Assembly: GCA_050011775.1 (NCBI GenBank)
Contig: JBEKIL010000003.1
Location: 154,224-218,223, forward strand
Source: Bacteroidota bacterium
GTDB taxonomy: Bacteria; Bacteroidota; Ignavibacteria; UBA10030; CAVZMI01
Reading direction: 5' to 3'
DNA: 64,000 bases
A program made the position numbers and the translations under genes. The notes beneath the pieces were generated by a model. The model was not told the origin of the DNA, did no database searches, and worked only from the letters and a program-made list of their open reading frames with translations. This document shows positions 20,838 to 30,855 of the stretch, piece by piece. Numbering within the stretch: position 1 is the stretch's first letter; every line of letters begins with the position of its first letter.

Positions 20838-22850
20838 ATGACGCTGAAAGCAACTCTGTTCTCACTGATCCTACTCATTGCCTTTAGCGGATTTGTGTAC
20901 AATATCCGGCGGCTTCTGTCATATCTAAAAATTGGGCAGAAGGAAGACCGTAGAGGAAATTTGTCCCGACGGCTCAAGGATGTTCTTGTCATCGCTCTCG
21001 GACAGAAGAAGCTTCTTCGCGATCCGCTTGCCGGTATCCTTCATGCTGCAATTTTCTGGGGATTTTTGGTGCTGATTCTGGCTGTCATAGAATCAATCGG
21101 AGCGGGAGTACTGGCAGCGTTTTCGCTCTCGTTTTTGGGTGGTGTATATTCATTCATAATTTTTTCACAAGAAATATTTTGTCTCTTTGTCGCGATTGCA
21201 GTTATTGTTTCATTATACCGGCGATTTGTTACGCATGTGCCGCGTCTTCAGGTTGACCGTCATGGCTCCATGGATGCCGGCGCGATTTTGTGCATGATTT
21301 TTGTGATTGTGATCTCGCTTCTCCTGCAAAATGCTACACGAATTGCCTCAGGAAAAGCAGCTGCCGGGTTTGATCATCCGGTATCATCTCTGCTTGTCGG
21401 ACTTTATTCGGGAGTTTCATCAGAAAGTGTTCACATCTGGAGTGAAATTTTTTGGTGGATACATATTATTCTGATCCTCGTATTCCTGAATTATTTGCCA
21501 TATTCTAAGCATCTCCATGTTTTGACATCCATACCCAATGTCTATCTCTCATACCGTCGGTCTCATCCGGCATTGAAACCGATTAATCTTGAGGATGAAA
21601 AGCTCGAGCGGTTCGGCGCGCTTGATGTCGATGACCTAACCTGGAAACAGCTTCTCGACGGATATACATGTACGGAGTGCGGACGGTGTACATCGGTCTG
21701 TCCGGCAAACATCACGGGGAAACCGCTCTCGCCTCGAAAAATCATGGTGGATATCCGCGAGCGCCTGATGGAAAAAGCTCCGACGCGGATTGCCGGAGGG
21801 GATATACCTCAGGATATCGCGGAGAAGACGCTCGTCCATGCACATATTACGGATGAGGAGATCTGGTCGTGTACAACCTGTATGGCCTGTATGCAGGAAT
21901 GTCCTGTAATGATCGAACATATCGATGCGATTATAGATATGCGTCGCGGGTTGGTTCTTATGGAATCGCAATTTCCGCAGGAACTACAGAGTGCATTCAA
22001 GAATCTTGAAACGAATTTCTCACCGTGGGCTTTCAGTTCAAGCAGCAGGGCTGATTGGGCGGAAGGTCTCGGAGTAAAAACATACGCTGAAAAACCGGAT
22101 GCAAAAATTCTCTACTGGGTCGGATGTGCCGGTTCTTACGATGCCCGTTATAAAAAAGTATCACAATCGTTTGCCCGGTTGATGCAGATGGCAGGAGTCG
22201 ATTTTGCGATTCTCGGGACGGAAGAGAAATGTACCGGCGATCCTGCCCGTCGTATGGGGAACGAATATCTTGCACAGATGCTTATGAAAGAAAATATTGC
22301 GACGTTCCAGAAATATCATGTCCAAAAAATTGTCACTACATGTCCGCATTGTCTAAATACATTGAAAAACGAATATCCCGATTTCGGCGGAAAATATGAA
22401 GTTGTACACCATTCCGTATTCCTTGAACAGCTAATTGCCGAAGGAAAGCTAAAATTGAAAAAAGGAATTGGCGGTAATACGTTGCCTGCAGGTGAGACAC
22501 GCATAACGTTCCATGATTCGTGTTACCTCGGCCGGTATAACGGGACGTATGACGCTCCGAGGAATATCATACGACACATCCAGGGAGTACGCATTGACGA
22601 AATGAACCGCACGCACGACCGGGGATTTTGCTGCGGGGCGGGGGGCGGGCGCATGTTTATGGAAGAAAATACCGGTAAAAGAGTGAATATTGAACGAACC
22701 GAGGAAGCTCTGGCCGTTAATCCGGACATCATCGGAACTGCTTGCCCATTCTGCATGACCATGCTGGTCGACGGTGTGAAAGAAAAAGAAGCAGGAGAAA
22801 AAGTACGGATAAAGGATATTGCTGAACTGGTATTGGAAGCGGCAGAGTAG
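20838..22850 (+). CDS. DsrMK/HmeCD-like fused membrane-bound Fe-S oxidoreductase (NarI-like membrane domain + HdrD-like CCG domains)
   Basis: N-terminal ~230 aa polytopic membrane region. Ferredoxin-type cluster motifs CTECGRCTSVCP and CTTCMACMQECP. Two Cys-rich CCG domains (WVGCAG...KCTGDP ; HDSCYLGR...GFCCGAGGG). Confidence 0.8.
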   Translation: MTLKATLFSLILLIAFSGFVYNIRRLLSYLKIGQKEDRRGNLSRRLKDVLVIALGQKKLLRDPLAGILHAAIFWGFLVLILAVIESIGAGVLAAFSLSFLGGVYSFIIFSQEIFCLFVAIAVIVSLYRRFVTHVPRLQVDRHGSMDAGAILCMIFVIVISLLLQNATRIASGKAAAGFDHPVSSLLVGLYSGVSSESVHIWSEIFWWIHIILILVFLNYLPYSKHLHVLTSIPNVYLSYRRSHPALKPINLEDEKLERFGALDVDDLTWKQLLDGYTCTECGRCTSVCPANITGKPLSPRKIMVDIRERLMEKAPTRIAGGDIPQDIAEKTLVHAHITDEEIWSCTTCMACMQECPVMIEHIDAIIDMRRGLVLMESQFPQELQSAFKNLETNFSPWAFSSSSRADWAEGLGVKTYAEKPDAKILYWVGCAGSYDARYKKVSQSFARLMQMAGVDFAILGTEEKCTGDPARRMGNEYLAQMLMKENIATFQKYHVQKIVTTCPHCLNTLKNEYPDFGGKYEVVHHSVFLEQLIAEGKLKLKKGIGGNTLPAGETRITFHDSCYLGRYNGTYDAPRNIIRHIQGVRIDEMNRTHDRGFCCGAGGGRMFMEENTGKRVNIERTEEALAVNPDIIGTACPFCMTMLVDGVKEKEAGEKVRIKDIAELVLEAAE

Positions 22851-22953
22851 AAACACCCTCACCAGCTATAGGCTTATACCAAATGCCGAAATTATAAACC
22901 GGTAATTATAAATCGGAAACTGGAAATGTATTTGAATATTTTTACAGGCTTTT

Positions 22954-23718
22954 TTATTTCTGACGATCGACAATAATCCGAACCCCGTCGAGAACGAGCG
23001 AAGGCACGACAAAATCGATTACTGTTGTTTGCAGACTGATCATTGCCGATAATCCACCTGTACCGATCACGGTCGGTTTTTTCCCCAATTCCGCGCCGAT
23101 ACGTTTTACCATTCCCTCGACAGAATCTACAGCACCAAATAAGATTCCCGACTGCATGCTTGTGATGGTCGTTCTTCCTATTGCTTTCTCCGGAAATACC
23201 GTATCGATCTTCGGGAGCTTTGCCGCCCGGCGATGCAGCTCGGCCGAGGAAGTCTCGACTCCGGGTGCGATGACCCCTCCAAGATATTCACCCTGTTCTG
23301 AGACTACGTCATAGGTTGTTGCCGTGCCGAAATCAATGATAATCAAAGGACCACCATATTGTGTGTATCCTGCCACGGCGTTGCACAGACGGTCGGTACC
23401 GACTGCTGAAGGATCTTCATACAGGATGGTAATCCCTAAATTGAGCGCGGGTGAGATAATGGTTGGTTCAATGTCGAAGTATTTCTTTGTCATTTTTTGA
23501 TAGATCGGCGTAAGATTCGGGACGACCGACGATATTCCCGACCGGACGATCAATTCGGGATCAATGGAGGAGTTTTTACAGAATGATTTCACAAATATTC
23601 CGATCTCATCTTCCGTGCGTGCAGTATCGCTCGTAATCCGCCAGTCGCCAATTAGCCGGTCTCGCTCAAACACCCCGATGACGGTGTGAGTATTTCCAAT
23701 ATCGATTGCGAGTAACAT
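22954..23718 (-). CDS. coaX: type III pantothenate kinase
   Basis: MLLAIDIGNTHTVIGVF... acetate/sugar-kinase fold N-terminus. Length 254 aa. Adjacent to birA as in many genomes. Confidence 0.9.
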   Translation of the reverse strand: MLLAIDIGNTHTVIGVFERDRLIGDWRITSDTARTEDEIGIFVKSFCKNSSIDPELIVRSGISSVVPNLTPIYQKMTKKYFDIEPTIISPALNLGITILYEDPSAVGTDRLCNAVAGYTQYGGPLIIIDFGTATTYDVVSEQGEYLGGVIAPGVETSSAELHRRAAKLPKIDTVFPEKAIGRTTITSMQSGILFGAVDSVEGMVKRIGAELGKKPTVIGTGGLSAMISLQTTVIDFVVPSLVLDGVRIIVDRQK

Positions 23719-23731
23719 AATATGATCCCGT

Positions 23732-24514
23732 TTATAAGGTTTCGATTACTGTGACATCGCCTGCAAGTAGGCGGATTTCTTTGTTATGAGATACAACGAC
23801 AAGAGCGCCATCCGGGTCGAGTCGTTTTACGAGACCGCTGATAAACATCCCGTGATGATCGATACGGATTGTTTTATTGAACATAATACATCGTGATTTC
23901 CAGGCTTCAAGAACGTCGGCAAATCCGTCGGTCGATAGATTCATATAGCGTTTTTCAAGACAGCGGATGCATTCCTGTATAAGAGCAACCCGGTTGATTT
24001 CTTTCCTGCATTGGTTCTTTAGTGAAGTTGCTTTCCCCTGTAAGGTGCTGCTGAACTTGGTTTGATTGACATTCAATCCGACACCGACAACTACGAAATC
24101 CGTTGATGTTTGCTGGGATGACGCCTCAAGAAGGATACCGCAAAACTTCTTACCTTCATGTGTGAGATCGTTCGGCCATTTACATTCGACGGTGAGCCCC
24201 GTTACCGTTTCAACTGCTTCAGAAATACTCACTGCGACATAAAATGTAAGGAGGTTGATCTGGGCGATTGTCTCAGGCGGTCGCAGAAGTAATGAAAAGA
24301 GCACGTTTTTAGCTTCCTCGGATTCCCAGGTTCGTCCTACACGACCGCGGCCGGCGCTCTGATATTCCGAATAGACAACAAGTCCTTCTTCTAATCCGGC
24401 ATTTGCCAAAACCTTCACACAATTATTTGTGGAGTCGAGTGTATCGAAGGTGAATACCTTCTTCCCAAAATTTTTTGTCCCCAGATCTCGACGTATTTGC
24501 GCTTGTGAAATCAT
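23732..24514 (-). CDS. birA: biotin--[acetyl-CoA-carboxylase] ligase
   Basis: BirA catalytic motif SAGRGRVGRTWESEE and ligase core. Confidence 0.88.
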   Translation of the reverse strand: MISQAQIRRDLGTKNFGKKVFTFDTLDSTNNCVKVLANAGLEEGLVVYSEYQSAGRGRVGRTWESEEAKNVLFSLLLRPPETIAQINLLTFYVAVSISEAVETVTGLTVECKWPNDLTHEGKKFCGILLEASSQQTSTDFVVVGVGLNVNQTKFSSTLQGKATSLKNQCRKEINRVALIQECIRCLEKRYMNLSTDGFADVLEAWKSRCIMFNKTIRIDHHGMFISGLVKRLDPDGALVVVSHNKEIRLLAGDVTVIETL

Positions 24515-24837
24515 TGAGAGTGAATATCAGATACTCCTGTTTTGACAAGTACTCATCATTCTATGAAAAAACATTTCAAAAGTCAATCAATCTGGTTTCT
24601 ATGACATACTTGCAGGTTTTATTTGATTGGTGCCATTCATGCATATTCCTCTGCCAAGATTGCATAATTGTTCTGAGAAGTCCTTTTTATTATCCTAAGA
24701 ATCCCTTAAAATCAATCGAAATAAAGGGTTAGGAATTGGCACAGGAATTGGTTAATATTTAATAAGAAATTGAAGGAAAATATCTCTTCCAGACAATAGG
24801 AAGAGAGTTTATTTTTTTAGAAGGAGAGTAATAATCA

Positions 24838-26763
24838 ATGAGTAAAATTATCGGAATCGACCTCGGCACCACCAACTCGGTTGTTGCCGTTATGGAAGGA
24901 AACGAACCGGCCGTCATTGCAAATTCCGAAGGTGGACGAACGACTCCATCGGTGGTCGGCTTTGCGAAAAATGGCGAGCGGCTTGTCGGACAGGCTGCAA
25001 AACGTCAGGCTGTTACAAATTCTCAAAACACTGTATTCTCGATCAAGCGTTTCATGGGACGATTTTATGATGAGGTCAATGAAGAAATGAAGCTTGTCCC
25101 TTATAAGGTGGTGCATGGCGATAATAACACGGCACGCGTCCAGATCGGAGACCGGGTATATTCACCACCCGAAGTCAGCGCAATGATTCTGCAGAAGATG
25201 AAACAAACTGCAGAAGATTATTTAGGTCAGAAAGTAACGGAAGCCGTAATTACAGTCCCGGCGTATTTCAACGATGCACAGCGACAGGCGACAAAAGAAG
25301 CGGGAGAAATTGCGGGTTTGAATGTCCGGCGTATCATCAATGAGCCTACAGCAGCCGCACTTGCCTATGGCCTTGATAAAAAACACAAGGATTCAAAAGT
25401 TGCAGTCTTTGACCTCGGCGGCGGCACTTTTGATATATCGATTCTCGAACTTGGTGAAGGAGTTTTCGAGGTAAAATCGACGAATGGCGATACCCATCTC
25501 GGTGGAGATAACTTCGACCAGCGATTGCTCGATTTTGTTGCCGACGAGTTCCAGAAACAGGAAGGGGTCGATCTACGGAAAGATCCAATGTCGCTTCAGC
25601 GTCTTCGCGAAGCATCAGAGAAAGCAAAAATGGAGCTTTCGACAATGATGCAGACCGAAATTAATCTGCCGTTTATTACCGCAACACAGGAAGGTCCAAA
25701 ACATCTGAATATGTCGGTCACACGCGCAAAGTTTGAGCAGCTCGTCGATGATCTTGTGAAGCGATGTATTTCGCCGGTTGAAAAAGCTCTTCATGATGCA
25801 AACCTGCAGCCAAACCAGGTCGATGAAGTGATTCTTGTCGGCGGTATGACCCGTATGCCGCGGGTACAACAACTTGTTAAGGATATTTTTGTGAAAGAAG
25901 GACATAAAGGTGTCAACCCTGATGAAGTAGTAGCTGTCGGTGCTGCAATTCAGGGAGGCGTTCTTGCGGGAGATGTTACGGATGTTCTACTGCTCGATGT
26001 TACACCGCTTTCACTCGGTATTGAAACTCTTGGCGGAGTCTTGACAACGCTCATCACAGCGAACACGACGATCCCGACAAAGAAAAGCGAGATCTTTTCG
26101 ACAGCGTCGGACAGTCAGACATCTGTCGAAATACATATCCTGCAGGGTGAACGTCCGATGGCCGTCGATAACCGTACGCTCGGCCGGTTCCATCTCGATG
26201 GAATTCCACCGGCTCCGCGCGGAATACCTCAGATCGAAGTTGCATTTGATATCGATGCGAACGGTATTTTACATGTATCGGCTAAGGATAAGGGAACAAA
26301 TAAGGAACAGAGCATACGGATTACCTCATCGTCTGGTTTGACGAAGGAAGAAATCGAAAAGATGAAGACTGATGCAACGGCCCATGCCGCTGAAGATAAA
26401 AAGCACAAAGAAGAAGTCGATATGAAAAACCAGGCCGATACGCTGTCGTTTCAGACCGACAGACAATTAAAAGATCTCGGCGATAAAATGACTCCCGAAA
26501 TGAAATCGAAAATCGAGAGCGCAAACAACAGACTCAAAGACGCGATAAAGACGGGAGTCTCGGCTGATATCAAGACTGCAATGGATGGACTCAATGCCGC
26601 CTGGAATGAAGTCTCGACACAAATGTACCAGCAGGCGACTCAACAACAAGCCGCCGGTACTCAACAGAGCGGACAACAGCAGCCGGCCGGCGAGCAAAAG
26701 AAACCCGATGGGAAAGCTGTCGAGGACGCCGACTTTGAAGTTGTAGATGATAAAGATAAATAA
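24838..26763 (+). CDS. dnaK: molecular chaperone DnaK (Hsp70)
   Basis: Canonical Hsp70 signatures ([14 protein letters not shown] ... [12 protein letters not shown] ... [14 protein letters not shown]) and acidic C-terminal tail. Confidence 0.98.
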   Translation: MSKIIGIDLGTTNSVVAVMEGNEPAVIANSEGGRTTPSVVGFAKNGERLVGQAAKRQAVTNSQNTVFSIKRFMGRFYDEVNEEMKLVPYKVVHGDNNTARVQIGDRVYSPPEVSAMILQKMKQTAEDYLGQKVTEAVITVPAYFNDAQRQATKEAGEIAGLNVRRIINEPTAAALAYGLDKKHKDSKVAVFDLGGGTFDISILELGEGVFEVKSTNGDTHLGGDNFDQRLLDFVADEFQKQEGVDLRKDPMSLQRLREASEKAKMELSTMMQTEINLPFITATQEGPKHLNMSVTRAKFEQLVDDLVKRCISPVEKALHDANLQPNQVDEVILVGGMTRMPRVQQLVKDIFVKEGHKGVNPDEVVAVGAAIQGGVLAGDVTDVLLLDVTPLSLGIETLGGVLTTLITANTTIPTKKSEIFSTASDSQTSVEIHILQGERPMAVDNRTLGRFHLDGIPPAPRGIPQIEVAFDIDANGILHVSAKDKGTNKEQSIRITSSSGLTKEEIEKMKTDATAHAAEDKKHKEEVDMKNQADTLSFQTDRQLKDLGDKMTPEMKSKIESANNRLKDAIKTGVSADIKTAMDGLNAAWNEVSTQMYQQATQQQAAGTQQSGQQQPAGEQKKPDGKAVEDADFEVVDDKDK

Positions 26764-26785
26764 CCGTAATCATAGTGGAATTGAG

Positions 26786-26815
26786 AAGGCGAGGAATTCC
26801 ACCTCGCCTTTTCTA
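26786..26815 (+). terminator. rho-independent terminator after dnaK
   Basis: AAGGCGAGG-aattcca-CCTCGCCTT hairpin followed by TTCT. Confidence 0.7.
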
Positions 26816-26847
26816 TAACATATTTTATAATGCTGTTTATAAGTAAA

Positions 26848-27024
26848 AAGGAAAAAGGAAATCCTTCGACTCCCCCTCGACTCTCCGCCTCCGGCGGATC
26901 GCTCGGGGTCGCTCAGGACGAGAATTTAAAAGTAAAAAAGGTAAAATGATTCCAGCAGGCTCGGTAAAAATTTTATCCTTTTTAATTCTCGTCCCGAGCC
27001 CGTCGAGGGATTTACTTTTTCCTT
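26848..27024. repeat. long imperfect palindrome (MITE-like or structured leader) in the dnaK-clpB intergenic region
   Basis: Outer arms AAGGAAAAAGGAAATCCTTCGAC (26848-26870) and GTCGAGGGATTTACTTTTTCCTT (27002-27024) are reverse complements at 21/23 positions. Inner arms GCTCAGGACGAGAATTTAA and TTAATTCTCGTCCCGAGC also pair. The loop is ~50 nt with an extra GC hairpin CCGCC-tcc-GGCGG. Confidence 0.55.
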
Positions 27025-27073
27025 AGAAAAAGCCATATAAATAATCTTCATTTTAGATAAGGATTAAGATCCT

Positions 27074-28387
27074 ATGAATTTTAATAAATTTACAATTAAA
27101 GCGCAGGAAGCTGTTCAAAATGCTCAGGAGAATGCAACCAGTTATGGCAGTCAGTCTATAGAGCCGGAGCATCTCCTTGCTGCGCTTATCCAGGATTCGG
27201 CCGGGATTACTGTTCCGATTCTACAGAAGGTCGGAGCCAATGTGAATTATATCAAAATAAAGATCAATGAAGCGATCGAGAAACTTCCCAAGATCTCGGG
27301 TGCAGAGCTTGGGAACCAGTTTGTCTCACAATCGCTCGGGCAGGTATTCGAAACGGCACTCAAAGAAGCGAACCAGCTTAAAGATGAATATGTCAGTACC
27401 GAACATCTGCTTCTTGGACTTATTGAAGAAAAGCAAAATAAAGGAGCAAAACTCCTGATTGATCAGGGAGTCAAAAAAGAAGATATCTATAAAGTCCTTA
27501 AAGAAATCCGCGGCAGTCAGCGTGTGACAGATCAAAATGCTGAAGATAAATATCAGGCATTAGAGAAATTCGGACGCGATCTGAACGATCTTGCCCGACG
27601 CGGCAAGCTCGACCCGGTCATCGGACGTGATGATGAAATCCGAAGGGTCCTTCAGGTTCTTTCACGGCGTACAAAAAATAACCCGGTCCTAATCGGTGAA
27701 CCCGGCGTTGGAAAAACTGCAATCGCCGAAGGAATTGCTCAGAGAATTGTCAACGGCGATGTGCCGGAGTCTTTACGAACCAAGCGGATTGTTGCGCTCG
27801 ATATGGGAACGCTTGTCGCAGGGACGAGCTTTCGTGGACAATTTGAAGAGCGATTGAAAGCCGTGTTGAACGAGGTTATTCAATCCAATGGCGAAATCAT
27901 TTTGTTCATTGATGAACTTCATACGCTCGTAGGTGCCGGGGCCGCACAGGGAGCTGTCGATGCCGCGAATATGCTAAAACCCGCCCTGGCACGCGGTGAT
28001 CTCCGGGCTATAGGCGCCACAACGATCGATGAATATCGGAAGCATATTGAAAAAGATGCGGCTCTGGAACGCCGGTTCCAGCCGGTTCTTGTCGATGAGC
28101 CGACAGTCGAGGATACGATTTCGATCCTGCGGGGTCTAAAGGAACGGTATGAAATCCACCACGGCGTGCGGATTACCGACGGTGCGATTGTCGCGGCGGC
28201 ACAACTGAGCCATCGGTATATCTCGGATCGATTCCTTCCCGATAAAGCGATAGACCTGATCGATGAAGCCGCCTCAAAACTGCGCATTGAAATCGATTCA
28301 ATGCCGGAAGAACTCGATGAAATTGAGAGAAAAATTAAACAATTGGAAATAGAACGTGAAGCGTTGAAACGCGAATTACAGGCATAA
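27074..28387 (+). CDS. clpB: ClpB disaggregase, N-terminal part (N-domain + NBD1 + first half of M-domain)
   Basis: Clp N repeats, Walker [14 protein letters not shown], Walker B ILFIDELH. Ends inside the coiled-coil M-domain (...[14 protein letters not shown]). Confidence 0.9.
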   Translation: MNFNKFTIKAQEAVQNAQENATSYGSQSIEPEHLLAALIQDSAGITVPILQKVGANVNYIKIKINEAIEKLPKISGAELGNQFVSQSLGQVFETALKEANQLKDEYVSTEHLLLGLIEEKQNKGAKLLIDQGVKKEDIYKVLKEIRGSQRVTDQNAEDKYQALEKFGRDLNDLARRGKLDPVIGRDDEIRRVLQVLSRRTKNNPVLIGEPGVGKTAIAEGIAQRIVNGDVPESLRTKRIVALDMGTLVAGTSFRGQFEERLKAVLNEVIQSNGEIILFIDELHTLVGAGAAQGAVDAANMLKPALARGDLRAIGATTIDEYRKHIEKDAALERRFQPVLVDEPTVEDTISILRGLKERYEIHHGVRITDGAIVAAAQLSHRYISDRFLPDKAIDLIDEAASKLRIEIDSMPEELDEIERKIKQLEIEREALKRELQA

Positions 28388-28403
28388 AAGGATGTGAGGA
28401 ACA

Positions 28404-29762
28404 ATGACTGAATTTACGCAAGAAAAAATGCAGGAAACGACAAAAAAGCGACTCGATGAGATTGAAAAAGAAATTGCCGATCTCAACGAAGTCCGCACTC
28501 AGCTGAAAACACACTGGCAGAATGAGAAGAATCTCATTCAATCTATCCGGACAATGAAATCCGAGATCGAGAAAGCGCGAAATGAGGCTGAAAAGAAAGA
28601 ACGCGAAGGCGATCTAGCAAAGGTCGCCGAACTGCGCTATGGAGTGATTGCTAATCTCGAGAAAAAACTGAAAGCTGCTACCCAGGAGCTCGCAGGAGTT
28701 CAGAAAAATCGGAAAATGTTGAAGGAAGAAGTCGATGCCGAGGACGTTGCAGAGATCGTGGCAAAATGGACCGGTATCCCGGTCAGCCGCATGCTCGAAA
28801 GCGAGCGGTCGAAATTACTGCATCTTGAAGAACGGATACACGAGCGGTTGGTCGATCAGGTCGAGGCAGTCCGGGCGGTGAGCGACGCTGTGCGCCGTGC
28901 ACGAGCGGGATTGCAGGACGAGCGAAGACCGATCGGTTCATTTATTTTCCTTGGCTCGACCGGAGTCGGAAAGACCGAACTCGCCCGCGCACTCGCCGAG
29001 TCGCTCTTCAACGATGAAAATGCAATGGTGCGCATTGATATGAGCGAGTATATGGAGAAATTCTCCGTATCACGTCTCATCGGTGCGCCGCCCGGTTATG
29101 TCGGCTACGAGGAAGGCGGACAGCTTACCGAGTCAGTCCGACGGAAACCATATTCCGTTGTGCTGCTTGATGAAATCGAGAAAGCGCATCCGGAAGTATT
29201 CAACGTGCTTCTTCAAGTACTTGATGAAGGCCGGTTGACCGACAGCAAAGGGCGAACGGTTAATTTCCGGAATACTATCATCATCATGACCTCGAACCTC
29301 GGATCGAATATCATCATGGAGTGGACGCAGAACATGACCGATGTAAACCGCAATGAGGTCATGGAGGCTGTCAGGGTTAAACTATTCGACCTGCTTAAGC
29401 AGACAATTCGTCCGGAGTTCCTTAATCGTGTCGATGAAATCATCATGTTCAAAACCCTTACACGCGACGATATAGTTCAGATTGTCGATTTACAGCTCCG
29501 TCATGTGCAGGTATTGGTGAAAGCAAAGAATATCACGCTCAATTTCACCGATTCGGCAAAAACGTGGCTGGCAAAGGCGGGATACGATTTGCAGTTTGGC
29601 GCCCGTCCGCTTAAACGGATAATTCAAAAACATGTTGTGAATAAATTATCTGAAAAAATTCTTGCCGGAGAAATTGCCGAAGGGAATATGATCTCTGTCG
29701 ACGTCGGCACGGATGGATCGTTTCGATTTATTCCTGTCGTCAAAGTTAAGGATGTTCAATAA
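28404..29762 (+). CDS. clpB: ClpB disaggregase, C-terminal part (second half of M-domain + NBD2 + C-terminal domain)
   Basis: Continues the ClpB alignment exactly where the upstream ORF stops (...[10 protein letters not shown]... ; NBD2 Walker [16 protein letters not shown], Walker [12 protein letters not shown], sensor/arginine region). It is in the +1 frame relative to the first part and is preceded by GAGGA-n3-ATG. Confidence 0.9.
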   Translation: MTEFTQEKMQETTKKRLDEIEKEIADLNEVRTQLKTHWQNEKNLIQSIRTMKSEIEKARNEAEKKEREGDLAKVAELRYGVIANLEKKLKAATQELAGVQKNRKMLKEEVDAEDVAEIVAKWTGIPVSRMLESERSKLLHLEERIHERLVDQVEAVRAVSDAVRRARAGLQDERRPIGSFIFLGSTGVGKTELARALAESLFNDENAMVRIDMSEYMEKFSVSRLIGAPPGYVGYEEGGQLTESVRRKPYSVVLLDEIEKAHPEVFNVLLQVLDEGRLTDSKGRTVNFRNTIIIMTSNLGSNIIMEWTQNMTDVNRNEVMEAVRVKLFDLLKQTIRPEFLNRVDEIIMFKTLTRDDIVQIVDLQLRHVQVLVKAKNITLNFTDSAKTWLAKAGYDLQFGARPLKRIIQKHVVNKLSEKILAGEIAEGNMISVDVGTDGSFRFIPVVKVKDVQ

Positions 29763-29785
29763 AAAAATTAACGCCTCCATAATAA

Positions 29786-29822
29786 AAGGGAGCCCCTTAA
29801 TGGAGGCTCCCTTCCTGTTTTC
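29786..29822. terminator. bidirectional hairpin terminator between clpB and the convergent OMP gene
   Basis: AAGGGAGCC-ccttaatgga-GGCTCCCTT stem-loop followed by CCTGTTTTCGG. Confidence 0.6.
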
Positions 29823-29848
29823 GGTGTCACTTACAGCTTATGATGGTA

Positions 29849-30523
29849 TTACAATAGAACAGAAAACCCGACAAAGAGTCTGATCATTGAATTTTTATTA
29901 TTGACTGAATATAAGATACAGCCGGTATAATTTTCTGTATAGGTTTGATATCGATAATTCAGCTCTATCTTAAGCGCGACACTTTGAGCGATCAGAAGTT
30001 TTACTCCGGCACCTGCATTGAATGTTTTCACATCGAATTTATCAGAAACAAAAGAGGAAAATGGAAGATTTCCCGTAATAAAGCCGGCATTACCAAGCCC
30101 AAACCCTCCCCGAATGAAAGGAGCCACGATAGAGTGTTCTAGCGGATATGTGAACGAAAGATTTAATAGGACCGATTCTCCCGGCTGGCCTCCCTCATAT
30201 GCAAAGAGGTTCACTTCCGGTTCAAGCGACAGCCAATCGATAAAATAGTATCCGGCTGTAAGAGAGATGGTAGCGAAATTTTCTTTTGATTCATTACCAT
30301 AATTCCAGGAATTCATGGAGGTGGTAGTTTTCGTCGTATATTGTCCGAGCGCTCCGGACATCGTGAGTTCCCAGTCTCCCTGCATAAAAGGCCCTTTTTT
30401 CACCGAGATGTCGATATCTCCGATCCTGGCTTTTGCGCTCTTCGAAGAAATCTCGATATCCTGTGCATGGACGAGAGAGATCATACTTAATGAAATGATA
30501 GTGTGAATGATGAAATTTTTCAT
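29849..30523 (-). CDS. small outer-membrane beta-barrel protein (OmpW/porin-like)
   Basis: Signal peptide (MKNFIIHTIISLSMISLVHAQ). Alternating hydrophobic beta-strand pattern over ~200 aa. Aromatic-rich C-terminus. Confidence 0.6.
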   Translation of the reverse strand: MKNFIIHTIISLSMISLVHAQDIEISSKSAKARIGDIDISVKKGPFMQGDWELTMSGALGQYTTKTTTSMNSWNYGNESKENFATISLTAGYYFIDWLSLEPEVNLFAYEGGQPGESVLLNLSFTYPLEHSIVAPFIRGGFGLGNAGFITGNLPFSSFVSDKFDVKTFNAGAGVKLLIAQSVALKIELNYRYQTYTENYTGCILYSVNNKNSMIRLFVGFSVLL

Positions 30524-30540
30524 GGTACTCTCCCTGTTGT

Positions 30541-30675
30541 TAGAGTGAGTGAACGGTTGATTCTATATGGCGTTCATCCGTCCCACAGAGTCCTCCGAGT
30601 ATTTTGAGTCAAAAAACCTCTACGAAGCGACGCTATCATCTTTCCATAAGTTACCGGATTTTCTCTATCGAGTTA
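30541..30675 (-). pseudogene. frameshifted fragment of the 3' end of a homocysteine S-methyltransferase gene (direct repeat of 38926..39066)
   Basis: ~85% nucleotide identity to the last ~135 bp of the intact gene at 38915..39916. Reverse translation gives ENPVTYGKMIASLRRGF, matching ENPDRFGEMMASLHKDF of the intact copy, and then loses frame. Confidence 0.5.
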
Positions 30676-30855
30676 TTCTTTATCGCTGCAGCTAAGAGAT
30701 ATTTTACGTTTCAAAAATAATGGAGCACGGCTGCGTCCGCCGGCTGGGGATTCTTACCCCGGAAGTTTAACTATCGTTGAGGATAGAATCTCCTTGCCTT
30801 TGGATAAAGCAAGGAGATGATTTATCGAAGCAAGACAAACGTATTGTCTTAACTT

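Noticed and set aside
24515-24837. CIRCE/HrcA operator upstream of dnaK or clpB
   Set aside because: No TTAGCACTC-N9-GAGTGCTAA-like element is present in either upstream region.
25346-26773. Numerous antisense or embedded short ORFs inside dnaK, alaS, clpB, aconitase and the MCP gene in the ORF track
   Set aside because: They lie within strongly supported genes on the opposite strand or in alternative frames and have no motif or context. They are spurious.
28380-28410. Simple sequencing frameshift as explanation for the clpB split
   Set aside because: It is not fully rejected. All three frames have stops within 28385-28407, so no single indel restores one ORF, and the junction has an SD-like GAGGA plus ATG. 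I therefore favour a genuine split but flag read-level verification.
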